Shown: positions 20,177 through 29,769 of the stretch, in pieces
Layout: each line of letters opens with the position of its first letter
How positions within the stretch are numbered: position 1 is the first letter of the stretch
NCBI GenBank assembly: GCA_963678065.2
Contig: CAXXVZ010000002.1
Location: 608,001 to 672,000 of the forward strand
Reading direction: 5' to 3'
Length of the DNA stretch: 64,000 nt
Source of the DNA: Treponemataceae bacterium
Lineage (GTDB): Bacteria > Spirochaetota > Spirochaetia > Treponematales > Rectinemataceae
Made by a program: the position numbers and the translations under genes
The notes under the pieces: generated by a model
Seen by the model: the letters and a program-made list of their open reading frames with translations, nothing else
Told to the model about the DNA's origin: nothing
Database searches by the model: none

Positions 20177-21119
20177 CGAACAAAAAGAAATTCTGCTCGA
20201 GGTCAAAAATCTGTCCATGCATTTCGATACGGGAAGGGGAAGGAACAAATCGCGGGTGAAATCCATCGATGATATATCCTTCTTCGTGCGCGAAGCCGAG
20301 ACATTCGGCCTGGTTGGAGAAAGCGGATGCGGGAAGACTACCACGGGAAGGACCATAATCCGTCTGTATGATCCGCTCAGCGGCGAAATCAAATTCAGGG
20401 GACGAGACATCAGCGGCAAAATGACCCGGGACTTGCGCCAGTATATAACTTCCAACATCGCGATGATCTTCCAGGATCCGGTCGAGTCCCTCAATCCGCG
20501 CATGACTGTCCGGGAGATCATTGGCGAAGGGCTGAAAATACGGGGAATGAAGGACGAGCGGGAAGTGGACCGCAGGGTCTATGACATGCTCGACAAGGTA
20601 GGGCTTACCCGGGAGCACGCGAGCCGCTACCCCCATGAGTTCTCGGGCGGACAGCGACAACGCATAGGTATCGCGAGGGCGATAATCATCAATCCCTCGC
20701 TCGTCATCGCCGACGAACCGGTATCGGCGCTGGACGTGTCGATCCGGGCGCAGGTCATCAACCTTCTCAACGACCTTAAAAAGGACTTGGGTCTGACCAT
20801 GATTTTCGTCGCCCACGACCTTTCCGTAGTCAAGTATTTCTCCGACAGGATTGGGGTCATGTATTGCGGAAAACTGTTGGAAGTAGCGGCAAGCGAAGCC
20901 CTGTACCGCGATCCGATCCATCCCTATACTCGGTCGCTGCTTTCGGCGATACCTCAGCCAAATCCCCTTTCCGAAAAGAAAAGAGTCCGTGTTTGCTATG
21001 ACCCCGAGAAAGAACACGACTACTCGGCTGAGAAGCCAAGCCTTGTCGAAATCAGGCAAGGTCACCTCGTGTACGCTTCGCCCTCGGAGGCGGAGCGCTA
21101 TCGCAAGGAGTTGCGGTAA
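20169..21119 (+). CDS. oppF: Oligopeptide ABC ATPase
   Basis: GESGCGKT, FSGGQRQR, DEPVSALDV. Confidence 0.92.
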   Translation: MGNEQKEILLEVKNLSMHFDTGRGRNKSRVKSIDDISFFVREAETFGLVGESGCGKTTTGRTIIRLYDPLSGEIKFRGRDISGKMTRDLRQYITSNIAMIFQDPVESLNPRMTVREIIGEGLKIRGMKDEREVDRRVYDMLDKVGLTREHASRYPHEFSGGQRQRIGIARAIIINPSLVIADEPVSALDVSIRAQVINLLNDLKKDLGLTMIFVAHDLSVVKYFSDRIGVMYCGKLLEVAASEALYRDPIHPYTRSLLSAIPQPNPLSEKKRVRVCYDPEKEHDYSAEKPSLVEIRQGHLVYASPSEAERYRKELR

Positions 21120-21171
21120 TCACGTGAGGGATGCAGGGTTGCCGCGTGTCAGGTGGACGCGTCCGCGACGA

Positions 21172-21528
21172 CTAGAGCAAGGCAAGCGCCGCCGACACCC
21201 CCAGTGCGGCGAGCGCAATTGCCAGAGGAGTTCCAGACGTCATTTTTTTATCGGTCGCCCGAATGTAGTCTTCATAGGATTCACCAATGGGCTTTCGAGG
21301 TCTTTTCGCATTTGTGATGAGTGCAATGAACTGCCGGATTCCGTATTGGGGAAAGAAAAAAAATCCGGTTCTTTTTACGATTCTTGCCAGGCCAACAGTC
21401 AGGCACGCTATACCGATGAGGAAGCACGTGTCCGATATGGTCATCTTGACGTTTTCCTTTCCGGATACGATATAGCTCACGACGCACAGCAGCGCCAGGA
21501 TCAAGCGATTCAGATTCTTCCTGCTCAT
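21172..21528 (-). CDS. Small membrane protein (DUF3899-like)
   Basis: Three hydrophobic segments, TGFF...YGIR motif, adjacent to opp. Confidence 0.55.
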   Translation of the reverse strand: MSRKNLNRLILALLCVVSYIVSGKENVKMTISDTCFLIGIACLTVGLARIVKRTGFFFFPQYGIRQFIALITNAKRPRKPIGESYEDYIRATDKKMTSGTPLAIALAALGVSAALALL

Positions 21529-21739
21529 TGTCCTTCCTCGGGTATTTGTCGAACCGCTTCCTGCCAAAGCTCGACGCTCAGCGATCGAGTCCGTGTTGGT
21601 GCCAGCCTACTCCAGCGGATAGACGACGACAAGACGCACAACTTCAGCGACCCCTGTGACGGATACTGCGAGCGGCATCGTACCCAAAAGCCCGCGCCAT
21701 TCTGGTAGCGGGAGAACTCCCGACAAGAGGTGAAAAACC

Positions 21740-22051
21740 ATGTATGAGTATTTTCCGAAGGACACGTGCTCAAAGAAAATTACGTTCTCGATCGAAGACA
21801 ACAAGATGCACAATCTCCACTTTTTCCGCGGATGCGATGGAAACCTGAAGACACTTTCAAGGTTGCTCGAAGGCATGGATGTGGGCGAAGCGGTCGAGAA
21901 ACTAAAGGGAATCCGATGCGGAATCAAGGAGACGTCATGCTCGGACCAGCTCGCGTTGGCGATAATCGAGGCACTGGATTTGCGTCGCAAATCGGCGGAC
22001 CGTGCGTCGACGTCAAAGCAGAGCTTTCTGGATGACGAAAGCAAGATATGA
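21740..22051 (+). CDS. TIGR03905/TSCPD-domain protein
   Basis: TCSKKI, GCDGNL, LKGIRCG...TSCSDQLA. Confidence 0.8.
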   Translation: MYEYFPKDTCSKKITFSIEDNKMHNLHFFRGCDGNLKTLSRLLEGMDVGEAVEKLKGIRCGIKETSCSDQLALAIIEALDLRRKSADRASTSKQSFLDDESKI

Positions 22052-22160
22052 CACGTACATTTCGATTCTTCGCGAGTAGAATTATATCTTCTTTCCGCAA
22101 GGTCCCATGATTGAATGCTTTATCGTCCAATGAATCATCTCTCTCCAGCGTAGGAGCGTC

Positions 22161-22227
22161 CGGCTGCCATTTCATTTGACCTGGGAGGCGGCTTGTCCGT
22201 TGGCTCAGGTTGAAGCGGCTATCAGGT
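22161..22227 (-). repeat. Degenerate attC-like site
   Basis: + strand TTGACCTG...CTTGTCC...CAGGTTGAAGCG, preceded by GCGTAGGAGCGTC as at other sites. Confidence 0.5.
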
Positions 22228-22311
22228 TTCGGCCTTTCTACTTTAATTGTGTATCTGTTATCATCTTTTCTTTTACAGGAAATCCCCTTTCAAACTCTTC
22301 CAATTCTGAGT

Positions 22312-22736
22312 CCCTCTGAAAAGGTAGCCACCGATCCCCAGAAGCCATCCGAATATGGTATAACTCTGCATGTTCCGCAACAATAACGAGCATATGCAGG
22401 GAGGATTTTCCGATATCGATACCTTCTTGAGCGAATCCCAGAAGGAAGCATTTCTGGACTCGCGGGAGCGGTGGTTCTACGACCTGGTGTTCAAGCGGAT
22501 CGATGAGAATCTGTTTGCTCCCCTCTATTCCGATGAGAAAAGCCGCCCGAACGCCCCGTCAATTGTCTGGTGAGTGCGCTCATCCTGCTGACGCATAATC
22601 GGTGGAGCTACTCGTTTCTGATACGGCAGGTCCGGTTCGATATCCTGACCCGCAAGACGCTCGGTCTGATTTCGCTGGACGAAGTGCCGTTCTGCGAAGC
22701 GACCCTGTTCAATTTCCAGAAACGACTGCTTGCCTA
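22312..22736 (+). pseudogene. Truncated, frameshifted DUF772-type transposase fragment
   Basis: IDENLFAPLYS...SRPNAP, then shifted frame LVSALIL...VRFDIL...PFCEATLFNFQKRL; cut off at the start of repeat copy 2. Confidence 0.75.
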
Positions 22737-23254
22737 TTGAGCCTTCCCCCACCAAAATGTTCGGTATGACACACCGAGGACTCACCGACGCCACCGATGC
22801 CCTCGCGGTGCTCATGGAGACGGGAAACCCCGCGATGGACTATCCGCGCGGCCCCACCACCGAAAAGCTCATCGTTGAAGGCAAGGATGATTTCTACAAG
22901 ATGGCCTCGGCCAAAGGGCTTCTCTATGTCCCGTATCCCGAGAAAGGCCTGCCCCTCCAACATCGCGTGGCCCGTCACCTCGCGGGCGCGGATGAGCTCA
23001 TCCGTGTCTTCTCAGAAATATCCGAAGATGGACAAACCATCAGTGTCAATCACATCCCCACCTATGAAGATGTCGAGACCTACGGCCTCGGACATTTTAT
23101 CCTGAAGCCCTAAGTGCACACTCCCCGCCGCTCTCTGTGGAGAGTGGCGGGTCTCGAATGTCCCGCACAATATTATTGCAGGATCAACCATGCGCCTTGA
23201 TTTCAATGATCCGTGCGATTGTCAGTCATTCCCTGCTATTCTTTTTCGACTAGA
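22737..23254 (+). repeat. 518-bp direct repeat, copy 2 (desuccinylase 3' fragment plus methyltransferase 3' end)
   Basis: Matches 7743-8260. Confidence 0.95.
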
Positions 23255-24075
23255 TAAAATGTTACGTTATCACCATTCCAGACATCGCCCGGGGGCAATA
23301 CATTTTCAAAGTGGCTTATTTTATGAAAGTCGGCTTCACGCAGGATTGGCTCCAAATCTCCATACTCATAATATGTGCTCCAGAATAAATAACTGTCCAC
23401 AGTATCCTTCTGGTCAATCACAATATGCTGATTTACCAGCACCTTGTTCTCCGGGAAATGGTATCCATCATTCAAGACAATGTATGGTTCGTTCTTCCAG
23501 AATCCTTTCGTACTGACTTCCCATGATTGCTTTAGTATTTTTTCAGCAATGTTCTTGCTGTTTATTACATCGAATACAAAAACACCACCTCTTTTCAAGG
23601 ATGCGTATACATTATTTAATAGTATTTTTCTCTCATCCGGTTTGAGCACACAAAAATCCAGATAGATCAGTATTACCAAATCAAACTTGTTTTTGTACTC
23701 CAATTTCAGGTAGTCATCACAGAAATATTCAACGCCAGACTGATTCTTGGCAGCAATGCTTTTCGCATAACCTATGGATGTTTTTGAAAAATCGATCCCT
23801 GTTACATGATGACCGAGTTTGGCAAACTTTTCAGCATATAAACCGGGACCGCATCCTAAATCGAGTATATTCATTCCCCTGTTTTTCATTCTTGATAGTA
23901 TCCAGTTAACCAGCAATTCAATTTTTTCATCACTCCTGCTGGCCATATCATTGGATGAATCAATATGACAATTCAGCAACTGTTGCGAAATGTAGGGATC
24001 GGTCCACATCACTGATGTTCCATTCTCGTACAATGAAGGTTTCTTCGTATATTCAATAAGTCTCTCGATGTTCAT
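23236..24075 (-). CDS. Class I SAM-dependent methyltransferase
   Basis: ILDLGCGPG, GIDFS, LKRGGVFVFD. Confidence 0.9.
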   Translation of the reverse strand: MNIERLIEYTKKPSLYENGTSVMWTDPYISQQLLNCHIDSSNDMASRSDEKIELLVNWILSRMKNRGMNILDLGCGPGLYAEKFAKLGHHVTGIDFSKTSIGYAKSIAAKNQSGVEYFCDDYLKLEYKNKFDLVILIYLDFCVLKPDERKILLNNVYASLKRGGVFVFDVINSKNIAEKILKQSWEVSTKGFWKNEPYIVLNDGYHFPENKVLVNQHIVIDQKDTVDSYLFWSTYYEYGDLEPILREADFHKISHFENVLPPGDVWNGDNVTFYLVEKE

Positions 24076-24258
24076 ATAGACTCCTAAAGATGATTATGCC
24101 GGAGTTTTCATTTTACGGATCAGTATACTCCCCACGCCCCTGCCCTGTCAAAACAGTCATCCCCAAGCATCCCGCTCATTTCCCTGTCAACCTATTCCAT
24201 CGAAGCCCCCGTCTGTTCCATGACAGCGTGCGTCTCCGGCATGCTGAGAAAAAAGATG

Positions 24259-24287
24259 TTGACAGCCCACCAAGTATGGCCTATATT
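24259..24287 (+). promoter_or_regulatory. Sigma70-type promoter
   Basis: TTGACA-N17-TATATT. Confidence 0.75.
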
Positions 24288-24293
24288 TTTCTT

Positions 24294-24437
24294 AATACAG
24301 GGAATATCAGGCAAGCGCCCCATGGCGGTTGACCGATATCCTCCGGGCTGAAACCCCTTCGTTGGAGGGGTGATAAGCAGCGGGTGGGAAACCCGCGGGA
24401 TTCATACTCTAATCAGTATCCTTCCTGCGGTTTTTTT
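24294..24437 (+). ncRNA. Structured 5' leader with intrinsic terminator (candidate riboswitch/attenuator)
   Basis: Three hairpins, then CCGCGGGA...TCCTGCGG-T7 terminator overlapping the third hairpin. Confidence 0.6.
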
Positions 24438-24524
24438 ATGCCCAAAACAGTGCGGCGTATCCCTTATGGATGCGCACGCTCTTTAGTCAGCAAAAAAACA
24501 CGGAACGGATGCGAAGAGGCTCGC

Positions 24525-25829
24525 ATGCCGGTGCCGGAAAACGCAATCGCCGTAAAACACATTTCAGCCACGAACCTCCTCACGCTCGCCTTCCTCAACA
24601 TGAGGCGGCACGGCCTCCGCGCCGTGGTGAATATCGTCGGAATCACCATTGCGGTGGCGGCTCTGGTCTTCTTCCTTTCTTTTTACCGAGGCACCTATGA
24701 AGGGGTCATGTTCTCTTCAGTAATCGACTATGCCACCTCCCATGGCCAATTCATGAGCTCAACCTTTGACGACGACGATCCTGAAGTCTGGCTTGACAGT
24801 GCAAATCTCTTTGACGGGGAATTGGCCCGAAGCGGGGATCTGGTGCGAAGGGCCGGATCCTCCAGGGGGACGTGGTCACCCCTTATCGCGCCGCGCCTGA
24901 TGAGCCCTGCCTTTGCCGGGGATGGTTCGCGCAAGGCCCCGATAATTCTTGCGGGCCTCGATTTCCAGAGGGAGAAAGAAATTCTGTCCATCGACGAACG
25001 GATGACGGCCGGGGTATACGGGGGAGAGGGTGTCGTTATCGGAAAAAAGCTGGCGGAGATTCTGTCCCTTGAGGTGGGGGATGAAATCCGTATCCAGGCA
25101 AGCACCGCCGATGGAGCGCCGAATCTGGATTACTGGAAGATATCGGGCATCTATTCCTCCGGATATCCCCCGATAGACCGGGGAATGGCGATGATGGATC
25201 TGGTCCAGGCGCAGAACTTCCTCGGTGCCGACGGGAAGATCAACAAGCTGTATTGCCGCCTCGCCGAAGGCTCCGATTCGGTCGCGCGGGAACGGGGGCT
25301 TTCAGCCATCGATGCAGACAGGGACAGGCTTTCCGGTCTCGGACTGGTATTCCGCAGTTGGCAGAATTACGCAAAACCCATCGTCGAGGATGCGAAAAAG
25401 GACAGCGGGTTTTTCGCCATCTTCATCGGCATACTTCTCTTCCTTTCCCTGTCGACAATGGCCGGCACAATGCGGGTGACCATCTTTGAACGCAAACGGG
25501 AAATCGGCATGCTCCGGGCCTCCGGCTGGATGCAGAGCGAGATTGCCGAGCTTTTTCTTTTTGAAGCCTTGGTAATCGGCATAGCGGGAAGTCTTGCCGG
25601 ATGCCTGGTCGGGGGACTGGCTTCCCTGGCCCTTGAACTGAATCCAGTAACCGTCGGGATGTCGATGGCCAACCTCGATATTCCCAGTTTCGCCTTGACC
25701 TGCAATGTGCAGCCCACTGATTTCATCTGGTCCCTGCTCGTCGGTTTCCTCACGGCCCTCGTGGCCGGAATTGTGCCCGCGTTGCGCGGTGCGCGTATGC
25801 CCATTCTCTCCGCCATAGCCGAGCGCTAG
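24525..25829 (+). CDS. FtsX/LolE-like ABC permease
   Basis: N-terminal TM, large periplasmic domain, ERKREIGMLRASG. Confidence 0.85.
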   Translation: MPVPENAIAVKHISATNLLTLAFLNMRRHGLRAVVNIVGITIAVAALVFFLSFYRGTYEGVMFSSVIDYATSHGQFMSSTFDDDDPEVWLDSANLFDGELARSGDLVRRAGSSRGTWSPLIAPRLMSPAFAGDGSRKAPIILAGLDFQREKEILSIDERMTAGVYGGEGVVIGKKLAEILSLEVGDEIRIQASTADGAPNLDYWKISGIYSSGYPPIDRGMAMMDLVQAQNFLGADGKINKLYCRLAEGSDSVARERGLSAIDADRDRLSGLGLVFRSWQNYAKPIVEDAKKDSGFFAIFIGILLFLSLSTMAGTMRVTIFERKREIGMLRASGWMQSEIAELFLFEALVIGIAGSLAGCLVGGLASLALELNPVTVGMSMANLDIPSFALTCNVQPTDFIWSLLVGFLTALVAGIVPALRGARMPILSAIAER

Positions 25830-25845
25830 GCACAAGGAGCAAATC

Positions 25846-26577
25846 ATGAAAAGCGCCTATGTACGTTCGCTCATCATCAGTTTTTTTCTTTCTGGTTTGA
25901 TTTCCCAATCACTCCTTGCACAGGAGAAAGACGGAAATGGGATCGTGGCCGAGATGGACAGACACATGAACTTTACCGAATGCCGGATGATCATCCGGAT
26001 AGAAGATGCCAAGGCTGGCGGAAAGAACCGCATGCTCAAGGCGCGGGTAGAATACCTCAAGGATGTCGGTACCCGCATGGAATTCATGGAACCGGCGCGG
26101 GATCTCGGGAAGTGTGTATTGATGTCCGGTTCTTCCATGTGGATGTCATCCCCCTCGGTTTCCAAGCCCGTGCGGCTGTCCGGGAAGGATGCCTTTATGG
26201 GAACCTCCTTCACCAATGACGATGTGATGAATCTGGACAAGTCCGATGACTACGATTCGGTGATTGCCGCCAGTGATGGAAATGGCTGGGACATTGTGAT
26301 GAAAGCCAAGACCGGCGGGCTTCCCTATTCAAAGATCGAGGCCAGGATCGGCAGGGATTATCTGCCGGTAAGTATGGTGTATTTCGCCCGCTCGGGAAAA
26401 GAATCGAAACGGGTCAGTTTTTCCGCCGTGAAGGATTTTGGCGGAAAGCTGAAACCCTCGATCATGACCATTATTGACTTGATGAAACCGGGTGATACAA
26501 GCGCTGTTATTTTCGAAGAAATCCGTGAAGAAACGGTGAGCCGATCCAGACTTACCCCCGCATCGCTGGGGAACTGA
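25846..26577 (+). CDS. Outer-membrane lipoprotein-sorting (LolA-like) protein
   Basis: Signal peptide; FMEPARDLG, FMGTSFTNDD. Confidence 0.75.
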   Translation: MKSAYVRSLIISFFLSGLISQSLLAQEKDGNGIVAEMDRHMNFTECRMIIRIEDAKAGGKNRMLKARVEYLKDVGTRMEFMEPARDLGKCVLMSGSSMWMSSPSVSKPVRLSGKDAFMGTSFTNDDVMNLDKSDDYDSVIAASDGNGWDIVMKAKTGGLPYSKIEARIGRDYLPVSMVYFARSGKESKRVSFSAVKDFGGKLKPSIMTIIDLMKPGDTSAVIFEEIREETVSRSRLTPASLGN

Positions 26578-26585
26578 GGTAGACC

Positions 26586-27284
26586 ATGAGCAAGATAGAG
26601 ATATGCAATCTGACCAAGACCTACCGGCTCGGACACACAAGTGTCGAAGCCCTGCGGGGAATAAACCTCTCAGTCGACAGCCCGGAGATCATCGGCATCG
26701 TCGGGCCCTCCGGCTCTGGAAAGAGTACCCTGCTCAATATTCTTGGGGGAATAGATCTGGCGACAGGGGGCACTGTATCCATAAACGATGTCGAACTCGG
26801 CGCCCTTGATGACCGGGCCCGAACTGCTCTGCGCCGGCGCGAGATCGGTTTTATCTTTCAGTCTTTCAACCTTATTCCGGTCCTGACCGCACTCGAAAAC
26901 GTCGAGCTGCCCCTGATGGCCTTGGGGGTCCCCAAAAAGGAACGGAGAACGAGGGCGCTGGCCCTGCTGGAACGAGTCGGTCTTGAGAAGGAGGCTGCAC
27001 AGCGCCCTGATGAACTTTCCGGCGGGCAGCGCCAGCGGGTAGCGATTGCCCGGGCCCTGATCATCAACCCGCGCCTGGTCCTGGCCGATGAACCCACTGC
27101 CAATCTGGACGGAGAGAGCGGCCGGAATGTGCTGGAACTGATGCATGAGATGAACCACGAAATGAAAACGACCTTCCTGCTTTCCACCCACGATCCGCGG
27201 GTGCTGCCGTATCTTGACCGGCGGATGTATCTGGAGGATGGGCGCATTACCCGCACCGAGGCCATGGAAGGGCACATCGTATGA
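26586..27284 (+). CDS. ABC ATPase (LolD/MacB-like)
   Basis: GPSGSGKS, LSGGQRQR, ADEPTANLD. Confidence 0.92.
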   Translation: MSKIEICNLTKTYRLGHTSVEALRGINLSVDSPEIIGIVGPSGSGKSTLLNILGGIDLATGGTVSINDVELGALDDRARTALRRREIGFIFQSFNLIPVLTALENVELPLMALGVPKKERRTRALALLERVGLEKEAAQRPDELSGGQRQRVAIARALIINPRLVLADEPTANLDGESGRNVLELMHEMNHEMKTTFLLSTHDPRVLPYLDRRMYLEDGRITRTEAMEGHIV

Positions 27285-28447
27285 TGAACGTAGCGCGCAC
27301 AAAACTGTTTCTCCTCCTGTGTCTCTTGTCGCAGGCCTTTACTGCCGCTGTCTTCGCCGAGGAAGATGAAACCCTTTTTCGGTTTTCCGGTTCGGTTCTG
27401 AATCAGACAGGATATATCGGCCTCCGTGGCGATATACCTGACGCTGCCGCCAGCGACTGGTATTCCCTTACCTCCGCGCGGGTGAGTTTCGGAAAAAACA
27501 GTGGACAGGGGCGCTTTCGCGCCGAGCTGTGGACGAGCTATGACAGCGTCATGGGCCGATGGGATCTTTCCCTGGACGAAGCCTGGGGCGAGTGGCGCCC
27601 CGGGCCCTTCCTTGCGGCGCGTCTGGGGCGCTCGCGGTTGCAGTTTGGTCCCTGTATAGCATTCAATCCGGCCAACTCTTTTGTCACTCGCAACATTTTT
27701 GACTCGCGTTCCAATAAAGCCGGGCAGGACGGTCTCTCGCTGGAAATCCTTCCCCTGCTGGTCGCGGGGGAACAGGATCTACCCGTTTCCCTTGTCATGA
27801 ATGCATCATTTATTCTGCCCGGAGATTCGCTGGAGCAGGGTGCTTCCGCGGGGCCGTACGATATTGAAGAATCAAGCGCGCTGGGGCGGATCACGGCCTA
27901 TCTACCCGGCACCGGTGTTCTAGGCCCGACCGAACTCGGGCTTTCCGGCGATCTCCGCCGCCTGGGTGTTACCGGAGTAAGGGGGTATCCTCCCTTTGCT
28001 GCGGGGGCCTGGCTCAGTGCCGATATAGCGGGCTTTGTATTTGGGACTGAAGGGGCAATCAGAAGTTCCGGGTACAGATCGGCCTCCGTGGCAGGCGCGG
28101 CAGTCACAGCCCAGGCCGATGGCAATCCCGAATATGAGTTCGCCTTCAGCCTGAACCGGAAAATAGGCAACTTTTGGGCGATTCTGGAAAGCGACTACAA
28201 CAGTTCAAAGGACAAATGGCTGGGGTTTGCCCAGCTCTCCCGAACCATCGAGGATATGAATCTTTCGGCGTCCGGCCTTATGGATTTCGACACCTTAGCG
28301 GCCCGCACGGCCATTGAAGCGGCATGGGACCTCACCGACTTTCTGGTACTGCGTATGCAGCTGTCCTGGAATTATCTGCCTGAAAAATGGGATGAAGACC
28401 TTCCCTCAGTCTATGCAGCCGGACTCGCGCTCGAGTGCTTCTTTTAA
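27281..28447 (+). CDS. Exported beta-strand-rich protein, possible outer-membrane beta-barrel
   Basis: Signal peptide, amphipathic strands (LDEAWGEW, RLGRSRLQFG), C-terminal Phe. Confidence 0.55.
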   Translation: MMNVARTKLFLLLCLLSQAFTAAVFAEEDETLFRFSGSVLNQTGYIGLRGDIPDAAASDWYSLTSARVSFGKNSGQGRFRAELWTSYDSVMGRWDLSLDEAWGEWRPGPFLAARLGRSRLQFGPCIAFNPANSFVTRNIFDSRSNKAGQDGLSLEILPLLVAGEQDLPVSLVMNASFILPGDSLEQGASAGPYDIEESSALGRITAYLPGTGVLGPTELGLSGDLRRLGVTGVRGYPPFAAGAWLSADIAGFVFGTEGAIRSSGYRSASVAGAAVTAQADGNPEYEFAFSLNRKIGNFWAILESDYNSSKDKWLGFAQLSRTIEDMNLSASGLMDFDTLAARTAIEAAWDLTDFLVLRMQLSWNYLPEKWDEDLPSVYAAGLALECFF

Positions 28448-28458
28448 AGGACGATAGC

Positions 28459-29769
28459 ATGGAATCGCTTAAGTTTATTTTTTACCTGGCCTGGCGGAAT
28501 GTCATCCGGTACCGGAAACGGACCCTCCAGTCCTTTCTGATCCTCTTTTGCGGGGCGTTCTGTATAATGGTGGTCGATGCCTATATGAAAGGATATGCGG
28601 CGTCATCCAGCGAACGCATCGTAAGCCAGTGCGGCCATATCGATGCCCATGCATCGGGCTATCTGGATTCAGCGGAGGCCATGCCCCTGGACCTCGCCAT
28701 TGTCGATGCGGACTCCGTGATGGAAAAGATGCTGACTTCCGCCAGTGCCAAAACCTCACCTGGAGTGCGGCCCATTTTGGCTCCGTCGATTGAGACCGGC
28801 TGCATGCTTTCCAACGGTGAACTTTCCCGGTCGGCAAACGTCTATATCACGGAAGCCTTTGCCCGCTCCCTTCCGGGGGAAAAGATCCAGGTCAATCCGC
28901 TGCTCGCCGATGCCCAGTCCGCCATTGTCTCCGGACATTTCTACAGGAACGCTTCGGAACGGGGGGTTCTCCTGGATGAAAAGTACGCCCGCAAACTTGG
29001 GCTTTCAGAAGGTGATTCCCTCATCCTGCTCGGAAATGATTCTTTCGGCTCCTTCTCCATGCTGGAGATCGAAATCATCGGCATAGTCCGCGAGGCCTTC
29101 CTCCCCGGAGAAGCCGGCTGTGTGGTGGATCCGGTCAGTTTTGCCCCTGCCTTCGGATTGGAAGGAATGGCCACCGCAATCTCCCTGTGGTTTGTTTCCG
29201 GAGACAATGCACACATGGCGGAAAGCGGGGCCGAACCCCTCGCCGTTGCAGAAGTCATGACGGCGCTGGAAGCCGATACGGGACTGAAGCTTCGCCCCTT
29301 CTCGGTCATCTCCGCAAGTTATGCGGCTATGTTTGAATTCCTGGATATCTTTCTGGCGGGGATGATGGCGGTCTTTGCCCTGGTCGCCGGTGTCGGTATG
29401 ACCAACGCCATTCTCCTTTCGGTACAGGACCGCGTAAAGGATCTCGGGACACTCAGAGCCATTACCCTCTCATCGCGGCAGGCAGGCCTGTTGATATATG
29501 CTGAAACCTTCATTACCGGGCTTGCCGCCGCTCTCAGCGCGCTCTGCCTGGGAAGCCTGACTATCTGGATAATGGACGTTACTGGTTTTGGCATCACGTT
29601 CGAGCTTTCGGACATGGCTTCAGCCCTTCCCGATTCAATCAGGCCCAGCCTCTTCCCCCTGCGTCTGTTGGTCATTGCTGGCGTGAGCGCGGTTTTCCCG
29701 ATCGTGGCGGCAATCTTGCCGGCCCGCACCGCGCAGAAACTGACAATCCGGGAGTGCTTCAGTTCCTGA
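28459..29769 (+). CDS. FtsX/LolE-like ABC permease
   Basis: LAWRNVIRYRKRT, DRVKDLGTLRAI. Confidence 0.85.
   Translation: MESLKFIFYLAWRNVIRYRKRTLQSFLILFCGAFCIMVVDAYMKGYAASSSERIVSQCGHIDAHASGYLDSAEAMPLDLAIVDADSVMEKMLTSASAKTSPGVRPILAPSIETGCMLSNGELSRSANVYITEAFARSLPGEKIQVNPLLADAQSAIVSGHFYRNASERGVLLDEKYARKLGLSEGDSLILLGNDSFGSFSMLEIEIIGIVREAFLPGEAGCVVDPVSFAPAFGLEGMATAISLWFVSGDNAHMAESGAEPLAVAEVMTALEADTGLKLRPFSVISASYAAMFEFLDIFLAGMMAVFALVAGVGMTNAILLSVQDRVKDLGTLRAITLSSRQAGLLIYAETFITGLAAALSALCLGSLTIWIMDVTGFGITFELSDMASALPDSIRPSLFPLRLLVIAGVSAVFPIVAAILPARTAQKLTIRECFSS

Noticed and set aside
22730..23113. 127-aa ORF as an independent gene
   Set aside because: Duplicated desuccinylase tail lacking the metal-binding motifs, fused to IS debris
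23160..23228. attC-like stem after the methyltransferase
   Set aside because: Stem with a bulge is present but both core boxes are degenerate; too weak to list as a feature
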